The notes under the pieces: model-generated | What the model was told of the DNA's origin: nothing | The model's database searches: none | The model's input: only the letters and a program-made list of their open reading frames with translations | Position numbers and translations under genes: made by a program | NCBI GenBank assembly: GCA_965644295.1 | Contig: CBFFRP010000489.1 | Location: 1 to 22,339 of the forward strand | Direction: 5' to 3' | Source of the DNA: Paraphysomonas bandaiensis | Taxonomy: Eukaryota > Protista > Chrysophyceae | Length of the DNA stretch: 22,339 bases | In this document: positions 10,801-20,729 of the stretch, in pieces | Layout of the letters: each line of letters begins with the position of its first letter | How positions within the stretch are numbered: the stretch's first letter is position 1

Positions 10801-12636
10801 GTAAGAAACAATTAATGACAAGCACACAAAAATGTACTTATCACATTTTCTTTCAAAAAAAGGTACATCTCTTCTAGCTTGACTCGATCTAATCCCCCGG
10901 CAACTGAAGTAAGTACATCACAGCTTTTGTGTCGTTCCTCGAGTTCGCGTTCCACCTCCTCGTGTCTGGCGGATAGCGGTGGTCAGTAAAAAGGCTGAAG
11001 TACAGACACTGCGAATTACCTTGCCAATAGGGCATGTAATAGCTGTTCATCACTTGATCCCATAGCTGCAATCTTTTTGAGCTCACTTACACGCTGAAGT
11101 TCCCGCTCTAATACATATATATTAATAAATTCACAAGTATACCTGTCGCAACATACCTGAGAGCATGGAACCCATGACATCCTGAGACTCCGCTTCATTC
11201 CGATCGTGCTCCAGCTGCATGTACCACTGCACAAGACTCACCGCTCCACCGTCACTACCCGCACCGGATGCAGTAGCACCATCCACCATCCACTACGATA
11301 AATCAAAATATTGAAATAGATTCAGATATACATTGGAGGAATTAACCTCATCGAAATTCACGTCGTCCGAATCTGGATGTGATAGACGATGGAATAGATA
11401 ACAAGACTGCACTTCCTTCAATAGACGAGTCATTCCCGTCGCCCACCGGAACAACGTAAGGTTTTCCCTTCCGAAGGAGCCTAGAAGCACGTTAAACTAG
11501 TTTTGCAGGTAATAGGATCGCGAAATGCAAGGACTAACCACTTCGCACTGAGTCGCATACGGCCCTCGCAAGCTCTGCCTTGGCTGCCATATCGTCGAAG
11601 CTATACCCCATTGCATCAGCAAAAGCCTCTAAGTAAGTCTCATCTTCCTCTTCCTGCTCTTCCATGTGCTCTCCGTACCCTTCTTCGCCCCCACCTTCCC
11701 AGCCCTCTGCCTCGTCTAGGTATCCCCTATCTTCGTACCTTCAATTCAGCAACATCATATAACTCAAAAAGAAACAAATATTACCTACCCGCTTCCATCG
11801 TATTCATTATACGCTGCCTCCCCTGGTGTCTCACCTTCTGCACCCTCCTGCATGTCGCTCAGGATTCCCACCAACTCGTGTAATGGGGTGTTTTCTTCAC
11901 AATTTTGAAGCACCAGTCGAACAACATCTGCCTCAAATCCCATTTCGATCAACTGCCACTCATACTGTCGTCCGCAATCAGTTTCTTTCTCCCCAATCGA
12001 ATCATCTAAAGGCACTTTATTATCTATCTCAGGCTCACATAACTCCGCTGCGGCCTGACTCATCATCAAAGAAAATGCCTGAAAACTACATCCCAAATAA
12101 GCCAAATCAACTCTATCCAAACTACTGACCTGTCAAATGTTAATAATTGTCCTAATATCTCTTTCATTTTATTATCTCTTGGACCAGTTGCAGGTATGGT
12201 TGATATTCTATCTAACTCTTTCTCAAGACCACTCAATCCACCTCCATATACACCATCAGTTTCACTTAATGCTGCATCTAAAACTTGTTCAGCAATTTCC
12301 TGAAAATTCTTCGTATCTTTAAGGGACATATGCGAGTATATATGGATATATAACTACCTTCCAAGTCGAGTACTGCTCGTGTGTATATTCATTTGAAATG
12401 ATTTGAAATTTCGAGCAATTAGCGGATATAAATGACGATATATACTCCTATGAGAGTGTGATGTAAGAGAGGATATGATGAAAATGATCCTACCTGCCAT
12501 TCTGCACTGTGAAGATAGTTATGGAGGGCGTTCATAGTGTGATAGTTAAGTGATCGGAAGGTCGCCTTGTAATACTCACACTTACACTTGACGTAAGAAT
12601 CTTCTTCCTCATATACGTATCGGCACTGGTCTGCAT
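7822..12636 (-). CDS. Large multi-exon protein (~22 exons): N-terminal BART (ARL2-binding/CFAP36-like) domain, UBA-like domain, acidic region and long coiled-coil C-terminus; 5' end unresolved
   Basis: The separate ORF-track fragments join in frame through consecutive GT-AG introns down to the stop at 7822. The BART-like part reads LHNYLHSAEWQ|EYISSFISANCSKF...NEYTHEQYSTWK|NFQEIAEQVLDAAL...LGQLLTFDS|FQAFSLMMSQ. The UBA-like part reads QLIEMGFEADVVRLVLQNC. Later exons are charged and helical (RLKREHQAGLSKLKSALQEQR; LRIER|ARQNQILQRKLLERK). The start is either ATG 12535 or an upstream exon spliced to the acceptor at 12636. Confidence 0.78.
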
Positions 12637-14455
12637 CTTATTTTTCGGGAATGTATTGAAGCAAATATAATCTACATAACTGCAATACAACTACGGCTGG
12701 AATACACATAATTATTGTCTCAATATTAGAGGCATCTTTGAACAAAAATATACGAAGGATGCCAATAACACATCACTGCACTGCCGTATAGTCATATACA
12801 TACATATATGGGCCGGCAGACTACCGTTATTACCGACGTACCTACCTGCCTACCTACACACTGTGTACATACGTATGTACATACTGCTGCATACTGTATA
12901 TACATACACATACACATGAGCGTTGTTAAATGCGTTTAAAAAACGCCGTAAACTGCGGAAAAATCCTGCCTTTTGAATGTACAGTAGGCAAAAAGTAGGA
13001 TATTGTAATCAGGTTTATTGTAGATTTCGAGGAAGTGAATTTATACAAAACTCTGTGGACGAAAAATGTAGGAGATTTTGAAAAAAGTGGGATTTTTTCG
13101 TGTTTTTTGGTAGGATTTTTCGTTAAAAACATGTGCAAGTTGTTTAAGTTTGTTGGGCTCATGTGGATGCGATGATAAACTGGAGCATATTTAGGACATG
13201 TGTGAGGATTGGTAGGGAACAGGGGATAGTGATTGCAGTCCAGGTTCTGGGATAGTACATACCTGCCTCGAATGATGTGGTAGGAGAGTATGTAGCGATA
13301 GATAATGAGGAGGCGAGAGATGGTTTCAACCAGAGTGGTGGAATACGAGAGCTGGCGTCACTGCACAAGTGCAGACGCGTGATAAAAATGAAACTGTTAG
13401 AGTAGTGGATCATCTGAAGGCCGGTAAAGGGGTAGTGTAGCGTGTACAACATGAGCTAAAGAGGTTTTCATCTGAGTGGGGGTGGAGTGCAAGCATGGCT
13501 GAGTCCGGGTGAGGGGCACCAAATTGAGGAAGGACCAGCCATTGTGATGCAACCACGGCCACAACAGAGCCATGGAGCGGGGTGATAGCTAAAAAGGTGT
13601 AACTTTTTGTGGGGCTATTATTTCAGACCAGAGAATAAAGAACGTATAATGGGAGTATACATGGTATGTAGGTATTCATATATATATAGATATAGGACGG
13701 CATGGAGTAGATAGCAGGATGTTAAGAAGTTTATATATGGTAATTTCTGGAAGTAGAAAACTGCTATATATGGCTGGGAAACCTCTTCTAGAAATATCTA
13801 TGAGGAAATAGGTAAAGTGATACAGATATAGATATAGTTAAGAAATAAGAGTAAAGGATATACGAAGTAGAGTTAACGTTTAAGTGTAGTAAGAAGGCTT
13901 TAGTGCTATGGCCTATCCACTATCACCTGTGCACATAGACAATGGCGATAGGATCATCACTTCTGGTGAGGCTCTACAACCCGTAGTGGTTACACTGTGA
14001 ATGTAGCCACTTCACAAGTCTACCTTCAGTTGTTAAGTTTATTCTACTGGTAAGATATCAAACTTCGATATAGTAATTAACGGGGCACCATACTATCTAT
14101 TATGAGCGATATTTTCTAGTTAGGTATTAATGGCCATTATAATAGCCGGGACTTTTTTCATAAATGTCATTGTTAATGCGGCCGGGAACTGGGCACCCAC
14201 TAATGGTTACTGGTTACCAGGCCCTGATTGAGACAACATAAATTTAGCGAATGGAATGAATGATAAAAGATATTGATTATAATTATATTAATTTTAATAA
14301 TTGAGCATTGAGTATATTCTACGTGCAGTTAATTAAATCTTAACCATCAATTCTCGACAAACCCCTAATGCAGCAGCATATCCGATCATCACAAGGACAA
14401 GGAGGGTCGAGACACTGCAAGCCGTTCATCCCAAGGGCATGCTGGTTCCTAGGAA

Positions 14456-17400
14456 TCAGGAAGGCCAATTAAAAACAGTAAAGTGCCCACCCCTAAAAGC
14501 AGCAGCTATGCAGGCGTCTTCATTCCATGGACATGGAGGGTGTAGTGAACGAAGCCATCTCAGAACATCTAAGCGTCCACCCTCTGCAGCAGCAGTGCAA
14601 GTGTCTTCTTCCCTTAGACATGGAGGGTTCTGCAAACGAATCCAATCCAGAACATCGAAGTGTTTACCCTCTGCTGCACTCAATATGCAAGGCCATGCAT
14701 CCCATTCAGATTCAGGATTTAGTGAACGAACCCACTCCATCACTTTCACGTTTCCTCTTCTAGCCGCCGCCTCCATACAAGTCTCTACATCCCTTAGACA
14801 TGGAGGGTTCTGCAAACGAATCCAATCCAGGACATTAGAGTGTCCACCCTCTGCTGCACTCAATATGCAAGGCCATGCATCCCATTCAGATTCAGGATTT
14901 AGTGAACGAACCCACTCCATCACTTTCACGTTTCCTCTTCTAGCAGCATCCTTCATACAAGTCTCTACATCCCTTAGACATGGAGGGTTCTGCAAACGAA
15001 TCCAATCCAGGACATCGAAGTGTCCACCCTCAGCCGCAGCCGCGATGCAAGGCCATGCATCCCATTCAGATTCAGGATTTAGTGAACGAAGCCACTCCAT
15101 CACTTTCACGTTTCCTCTTCTAGCAGCATCCTTCATACAAGTCTGTACATCCCTTAGACATAGAGGGTTTTGCAAACGAATCCAATCCAGAACATTAGAG
15201 TGTCCACCCTCAGCCGCAGCCTCGATGCAAGGCCATGCATCCCATTCAGATTCAGGATTTAGTGAACGAACCCACTCCATCACTTTCACGTTTCCTCTTC
15301 TAGCAGCCGCCTCAATATAAGTCTCTCCATCCCTTAGACATGGAGGGTTCTGCAAACGAATCCAATCCAGAACATTAGAGTGTCCACCCTCAGCTGCACT
15401 CAATATGCAAGACCATGCATCCCATTCAGATTCAGGATTTAGTGAACGAACCCACTCCATCACTTTCACGTTTCCTCTTCTAGCAGCATCCTTCATACAA
15501 GTCTCTACATCCCTTAGACATGGAGGGTTCTGCAAACGAATCCAATCCAGGACATTAGAGTGTCCACCCTCAGCCGCAGCCTCGATGCAAGGCCATGCAT
15601 CCCATTCAGATTCAGGATTTAGTGAACGAAGCCACTCTAGTGCATCCAAGTGTCCACCCTCTGCAGCATCCTTCATACAAGTCTCTACATCCCTTAGACA
15701 TAGAGGGTTCTGCAAACGAATCCAATCCAGGACATCGAAGTGTCCACCCTCAGCCGCAGCCGCGATGCAAGGCCATGCATCCCATTCAGATTCAGGATTT
15801 AGTGAACGAAGCCACTCCATCACTTTCACGTTTCCTCTTCTAGCAGCATCCTTCATACAAGTCACTCCATCCCTTAGACATGGAGGGTTCTGCAAACGAA
15901 TCCAATCCAGAACATTAGAGTGTCCACCCTCAGCCGCAGCCTCGATGCAAGACCATGCATCCCATTCATATTCAGGATTTAGTGAACGAAGTCGCTCCAT
16001 CACTTTCACGTTTCCTCTTCTAGCAGCCGCCTCCATACAAGTCACTCCATCCCTTAGACATGCAGGGTTCTGCAAACGAATCCAATCCAGGACATCGAAG
16101 TGTCCACCCTCAGCCGCAGCCGCGATGCAAGGCCATGCATCCCATTCAGATTCAGGACTTAGTGAACGAAGCCACTCTAGTGCATCCAAGTGTCCACCCT
16201 CTGCAGCATCCTTCATACAAGTCTCTACATCCCTTAGACATAGAGGGTTCTGCAAACGAATCCAATCCAGGACATCGAAGTGTCCACCCTCAGCCGCAGC
16301 CTCGATGCAAGACCATGCATCCCATTCATATTCAGGATTTAGTGAATGAAGTCGCTCCAGCACTTTCACGTTTCCTCTTCTAGCAGCCGCCTCCATACAA
16401 GTCACTCCATCCCTTAGACATGGAGGGTTTCGTGTTTGAATCCAATCCAGAACATTAGAGTGTCCACCCTCAGCGGCTGCCTTAATGCAAGGCCATGTAT
16501 CCCATTCAGATTCAGGATTTAGTGAACGTAGAAGCTGCTCCATCACCTTCACGTTTCCTCTTTTAGCAGCCGCCTCCATACAAGTCTCTCCATCCCTTAG
16601 TGTTTGAATCCAATCTAGGACATGTGTGTGTCTACCCTCAGCTGCAGCCTCGATGCAAGTCCATGCATCCCATTGAGATTCAGGATTTAGTGAACGAAGC
16701 CATCTCAGAGCTCTCAAGTGTCCACCCCTAGCAGCCGCCTCCATGCAAGACTTTCCATCACTTAGACATGTTGGGTTCCGCAAACGAATCCAATCCAGGA
16801 CATTTGTGCGTCCACTTTGTGCTGCAGCCTCGATACAAATTAAATAATCCTTTAGACATGGATGTTCCTCCGAACGAATCCAATCCAGAACATTCAAGTG
16901 TCCACCCCTCGCTGCAGCCTTAATGCAAGACTCTCCATAACTCTTAAGACATGTAGGGTTCTGTAAATGAAGCCACTTCAGAACATTCAAGTGTCCACCC
17001 TCTGCAGCAGCACTACAAATGTCATCATACCGAGGGTCCTGCGAACGAAGCCAATCCAGGACATCGAAGTGTCTACCCCTAGCAGCAACCTCCATACACT
17101 TCAATTTGCTCCATTTGAGTGGAGGGTCTAGTGAACAAAGCCCCTGCAGTAACGCCAAGTGTCCACCACTAGCAGCCGCCTCCATACAAGTCTCTCCATC
17201 ACTTAGACATGGAGGGTTCTGCGAATGAATCCAATCCAGAACATTAGAGTGTCCACCCTCAGCCGCAGCCTTAATGCAAGTCCATGCATTCCAAGGACAT
17301 GGAGGGAAATGTGAACGAAGCTTTCTAATAACATTCAAGTATCCACCCCTAGCAGCAGCAGTGCAAGTGTCTTCACACCATAATCCATCAGAAATCAACT

Positions 17401-17701
17401 TCAAAACATTCAAATGTCGACCAAAAACAGCAGCCTCAATACGCTTGCATTCATTCCATGTGAGTGGAGGGTCTAGTACCTCCAAGTGTCCACCTCTAGC
17501 AACACATTCTGTAGCCTTCTGTGAACATCGTTTACCCAAGATGTGTTTGGGGTTCCCTCTAGATGGAAGTGCATATCGACGTACATCTCGGATGTATTTC
17601 ATTTGCTGTAGATTGCCGTTTGAAGCACATGAATTCATTAGCTGTGTACATGGCCTGATATGACGCAGCACATCATCGTTAAGATCAGATATATTCGACA
17701 T
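14456..17701 (-). CDS. Intronless Cys/Trp-rich ankyrin-repeat protein (1081 aa) of the 'AAxGGHLxVLxWLRSxxPPCPW' type; C-terminus probably truncated
   Basis: A single ORF with about 30 ankyrin-like units, e.g. TCTAAARGGYLNVIRKLRSHFPPCPWNAWTCIKAAAEGGHSNVLDWI. This repeat style is familiar from Pandoravirus/Mollivirus-type and algal ankyrin families. Confidence 0.9.
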   Translation of the reverse strand: MSNISDLNDDVLRHIRPCTQLMNSCASNGNLQQMKYIRDVRRYALPSRGNPKHILGKRCSQKATECVARGGHLEVLDPPLTWNECKRIEAAVFGRHLNVLKLISDGLWCEDTCTAAARGGYLNVIRKLRSHFPPCPWNAWTCIKAAAEGGHSNVLDWIHSQNPPCLSDGETCMEAAASGGHLALLQGLCSLDPPLKWSKLKCMEVAARGRHFDVLDWLRSQDPRYDDICSAAAEGGHLNVLKWLHLQNPTCLKSYGESCIKAAARGGHLNVLDWIRSEEHPCLKDYLICIEAAAQSGRTNVLDWIRLRNPTCLSDGKSCMEAAARGGHLRALRWLRSLNPESQWDAWTCIEAAAEGRHTHVLDWIQTLRDGETCMEAAAKRGNVKVMEQLLRSLNPESEWDTWPCIKAAAEGGHSNVLDWIQTRNPPCLRDGVTCMEAAARRGNVKVLERLHSLNPEYEWDAWSCIEAAAEGGHFDVLDWIRLQNPLCLRDVETCMKDAAEGGHLDALEWLRSLSPESEWDAWPCIAAAAEGGHFDVLDWIRLQNPACLRDGVTCMEAAARRGNVKVMERLRSLNPEYEWDAWSCIEAAAEGGHSNVLDWIRLQNPPCLRDGVTCMKDAARRGNVKVMEWLRSLNPESEWDAWPCIAAAAEGGHFDVLDWIRLQNPLCLRDVETCMKDAAEGGHLDALEWLRSLNPESEWDAWPCIEAAAEGGHSNVLDWIRLQNPPCLRDVETCMKDAARRGNVKVMEWVRSLNPESEWDAWSCILSAAEGGHSNVLDWIRLQNPPCLRDGETYIEAAARRGNVKVMEWVRSLNPESEWDAWPCIEAAAEGGHSNVLDWIRLQNPLCLRDVQTCMKDAARRGNVKVMEWLRSLNPESEWDAWPCIAAAAEGGHFDVLDWIRLQNPPCLRDVETCMKDAARRGNVKVMEWVRSLNPESEWDAWPCILSAAEGGHSNVLDWIRLQNPPCLRDVETCMEAAARRGNVKVMEWVRSLNPESEWDAWPCILSAAEGKHFDVLDWIRLQNPPCLREEDTCTAAAEGGRLDVLRWLRSLHPPCPWNEDACIAAAFRGGHFTVFNWPS
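14600..16560 (-). repeat. Coding tandem array of 11 near-identical 180-nt units (60 aa = two ankyrin repeats each)
   Basis: TCCAATCCAG recurs exactly every 180 nt at 14641, 14821, 15001, 15181, 15361, 15541, 15721, 15901, 16081, 16261 and 16441, with no indels between units. Confidence 0.98.
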
Positions 17702-17800
17702 ATCTATACTGATTCACAGTTTATATGAGGCTGATAGAGTGTAGATACGCTACTAGATAATGAGGTGAGTTTATATATGCATATACTAGTAGAGCTGAAT

Positions 17801-17983
17801 AGAATACGAGGACACGACCAAACAAAAGAAATTTCCTCATAATACACCATCACATACGTACGTCCATCTAATATATACATACCGTACCTACCTACCTATA
17901 TACTGTACATACATACAGAATACGAGGACACGACCAAACAAAAGAAATTTCCTCATAATACACCATCACATACGTACGTCCAT
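17801..17983. repeat. Exact 67-bp direct duplication (17801-17867 and 17917-17983)
   Basis: AGAATACGAGGACACGACCAAACAAAAGAAATTTCCTCATAATACACCATCACATACGTACGTCCAT is present twice with a period of 116 bp. Confidence 0.95.
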
Positions 17984-18436
17984 ACCGTACCTACCTACCT
18001 ACCTACATACCTACCTACCTACCTACATACATACATACCGTACCTACCTACCTACCTACCTACCTACATATATACTGTACATACCGTACCCACCTACCTA
18101 CCTACATGTATCCATACATATATACATACCGTACCTACCTACCTACCTACCTACCTACATACATACATACATACATACATACATACATACATACATACAT
18201 ACATACATACATACATACATACATACATACATACATACATACATACATACATACATACATACATACATACATACATACATACATACATACATACATACAT
18301 ACATACATACATACATACATACATACATACATACATACATACATACATACATACATACATACATACATACATACATACATACATACATACATACATACAT
18401 ACATACATACATACATACATACATACATACATACAT
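17984..18436. repeat. Compound (ACCT)n/(ACAT)n microsatellite; pure (ACAT)~70 at 18156-18436
   Basis: Directly visible in the sequence. Confidence 0.98.
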
Positions 18437-18691
18437 GATATCGAAATGCAGAGGGATGCAGGGATGGATAGCAGGGAGTATGAACAGGCTCAAGGGGACC
18501 TGTAGGTGCTGCGAGTGAGCAGCAGGATACTCTGTCCCTTGATGCAGATAGACAATCTGATATCAGTCCAAGGGAGGGTCACCATCTTTGATTAGTGATT
18601 TAAGAGTGCGGATAGCGCAAGGCGAGTAGCCGACGTAGAGGGCAACAACACATTCCCTCATGCGAGAGAGAGAGATGATCAGTATGGGGGA

Positions 18692-19390
18692 GTGGCGCCT
18701 CTAAGCCTGGGTGAGCAATTGCTATCATTGGGAGCCGATGAGCCTACAAATTTCTGGACTAGGTCTGCATGGGACCGAGAGGAAATGAAGGAGATTCGCA
18801 ATGATCAATTAGAATCCATTGACTCGGATTATTTAGATCCGGATAGTGAATCCTCAATGCTTCCAGAAAAAATATATGGGTCTCCGTATTTACAAAGTAG
18901 AAATCGCGAAGTCCTCATACAATATGAGGACACATTGCGTTTAGAAATTCCTAAAGGCGAACCCGCGAAGTTAGAACCTTTGGAGTTAGAAGTCCGGAAC
19001 CCGTCAGAGACGTGGGTTATTCCGGCAAATAAACTTTCTCCTAGGAAGTTGGATTGGAGTCGCCTGCGCGAACTTCAACGGTGAGTGGAAAACTTGAAAA
19101 GCTTGGTGCTCTTCAGCCTAGTAGAGCCACTCATTATAGTCATCCCATTGTGATACCGAAGCCCAACAAGAAGTGGCGAGTGGTTTTAGACTACATGGTA
19201 GGGTTATTACATCTGAGAGCTGTAGCTGGCCAATTCCAAATATTCAAGATATGATCTATCGAATTGGTGAGAAACGTCCAAAGTTTTTGTGTTTATGGAC
19301 CTCATCTATGGTTATCACCAGGCGCCAGTCGGGGAGAAGTCCCGTGTTTGGATTTCCTTTATTACTCAAAACGGGGTGTGCAAGTGGCGC
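18692..19390 (+). mobile_element. Degenerate Ty3/Gypsy LTR-retrotransposon pol fragment (N-terminal half of reverse transcriptase), frameshifted and truncated
   Basis: Across frames the fragment reads EPAKLEPLELEV...SPRKL / LEKLGALQPSRATHYSHPIVIPKPNKKWRVVLDY / SCSWPIPNIQDMIYRIGEKRPKF / MDLIYGYHQAPVGEKSRVWISFITQNGVCKWR. These are Gypsy RT motifs (KxxxxWRxxxDY, WPxP, DLxxGYHQ, F.T..G..xW). It ends before the PFG and YxDD motifs. Confidence 0.88.
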
Positions 19391-20193
19391 TATTACCGCG
19401 AAATATACTGCCAGAGCGTTGATACTTTGGCCGCGTTTTCTGTTGGTCTATTTGTGGATTCACGTCGGATAAAGGGAAAAGCTTTCTTTCTGACGGTATC
19501 CGTTGAAGTGACGGCTTTTTGGGAGTTGAATACTCCTTTACAGTGGAAGGTTCGAGTTCTGCTACCCAAGAGAGGATATCACATGATTCGGCAGGAGAAA
19601 CATGATCCAGTGAGTTTGAGTCGTTGTGTTAAGTTAGTTGTAGAGTTGTGAGTTTTGACGGTTAAAATCCGATCTGTCCATGTAGTGGACACCTATGAGA
19701 AGGTTCTCATGATTCAGCAGTCTAGTGATTGGAGTGATGTATAGGGTAGTTGTAGTTCTCTATGTTTTCGGAGTTTTGTGTCCTATTTTTAGGCAAAAGG
19801 CCGAGTTTTCCTTCACAAAGAAGAAGGAAGGGGTAGTGTGGCATGAAATCCTGCACTTTTGTGTAAACCTTCTGTTTTTAGGTTTCAGCTCGCTCTCCTT
19901 CAGTGCAATAAAACTGGAGTATTTCATGAAAGAAACGGCAGATATTTAAAAAAAATACATATTTCAAAGTATGAATATTCGATAATCAGAGTACATATCA
20001 CTGTCGTAGTATCTTCTACGGCATGCATACTCCCCTACTAGAAGGCCTAACCACTTCATTACACAGGCGATTAAAGGAATGTGTCTGCGAGTCACGAGTC
20101 ACTAACCTTACTATAGAATAGTGTTGATATCATAAGCTCTTTGTGCCTATTTATATGCTCTTGTAGATGTACTGTAGTATGTATACAAATACA

Positions 20194-20275
20194 AACTCTA
20201 TTATCCTACTATTTAACGGTACTACGAGAACTGCTTGTGTGTTGCTCAAGCACCAAGGTGCGGCCATTCTCGCTA
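20194..20275 (+). repeat. Third, diverged copy of the ~80-bp motif found at 6774-6854 and (inverted) at 7305-7378
   Basis: AACTCTATTATCCTACTATTTAA...CTGCTTGTGTGTTGCTCAAGCACCAAGGTGC matches AACTCTGATATCGTACTATTTA...CTGCTAGTGCGTCACCACAAGCACCAAGGTGC. Confidence 0.75.
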
Positions 20276-20729
20276 TATTCGTAGATGTGTATGTAGAGAC
20301 GTTTTACGACGTACAGCATGACAAGAGGAAGCAGTGGTCTAAGTATACTACTACCACACTGGAACGCTTACTACACATACATTTTGTACAATTTGCATCT
20401 GTGCCTCACAGCAACCAGGGGAAGCATAAATATACCCTTCTGAGTTTTGCAATCTGGTGGCCTTTCCTTGGGTATTGTTTCGCGGAGGCACGTTGATGTA
20501 GGTCTTGTAAAAGATGTTGATCTACAGTGAAGAAGCGTCGGAATCGGCTCTTTTGCTGTCTTAGGACTTAGCTAGTAGCAGAAAACACATGGAAGAGAGT
20601 GTGTAGTTAGACATCAGTGGGAGAGTGGGAGATAAGGGCTCTCCGGTGTATCCAGCAACAGGAAGTGTGATGGTGTAAAAAAGAGAAGCAAGATCGGATT
20701 GAGGACTTCGCATCAGAGCAAGATAGTGA

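Noticed and set aside
7822-12329. Many separate small genes suggested by the ORF track
   Set aside because: Minus-strand fragments splice into one frame, and the plus-strand ORFs are their antisense shadows.
12913-13165. Possible MITE bounded by CACATGAGC/GCTCATGTG
   Set aside because: The inverted match is only 9 bp, with no further arm similarity or TSD.
13159-13600. Possible LINE fragment or 97-aa ORF on the minus strand
   Set aside because: Only a purine/pyrimidine skew is visible, with no recognisable RT or endonuclease motif.
14085-14226. hAT-like terminus (reverse complement CAGGGCCTGGTAACC) with GGGCACC/GCCGGGA repeats
   Set aside because: No partner TIR or TSD was found in the window.
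14439-16383. Long plus-strand ORFs (293 aa, 314 aa and others)
   Set aside because: They are antisense shadows of the ankyrin array. A unit without a stop stays open when repeated, and one unit variant introduces a stop at 15318-15320.
14600-16560. CRISPR array or true TALE repeat interpretation
   Set aside because: There are no unique spacers and the context is eukaryotic. Units are in-frame ankyrin pairs lacking the TALE consensus.
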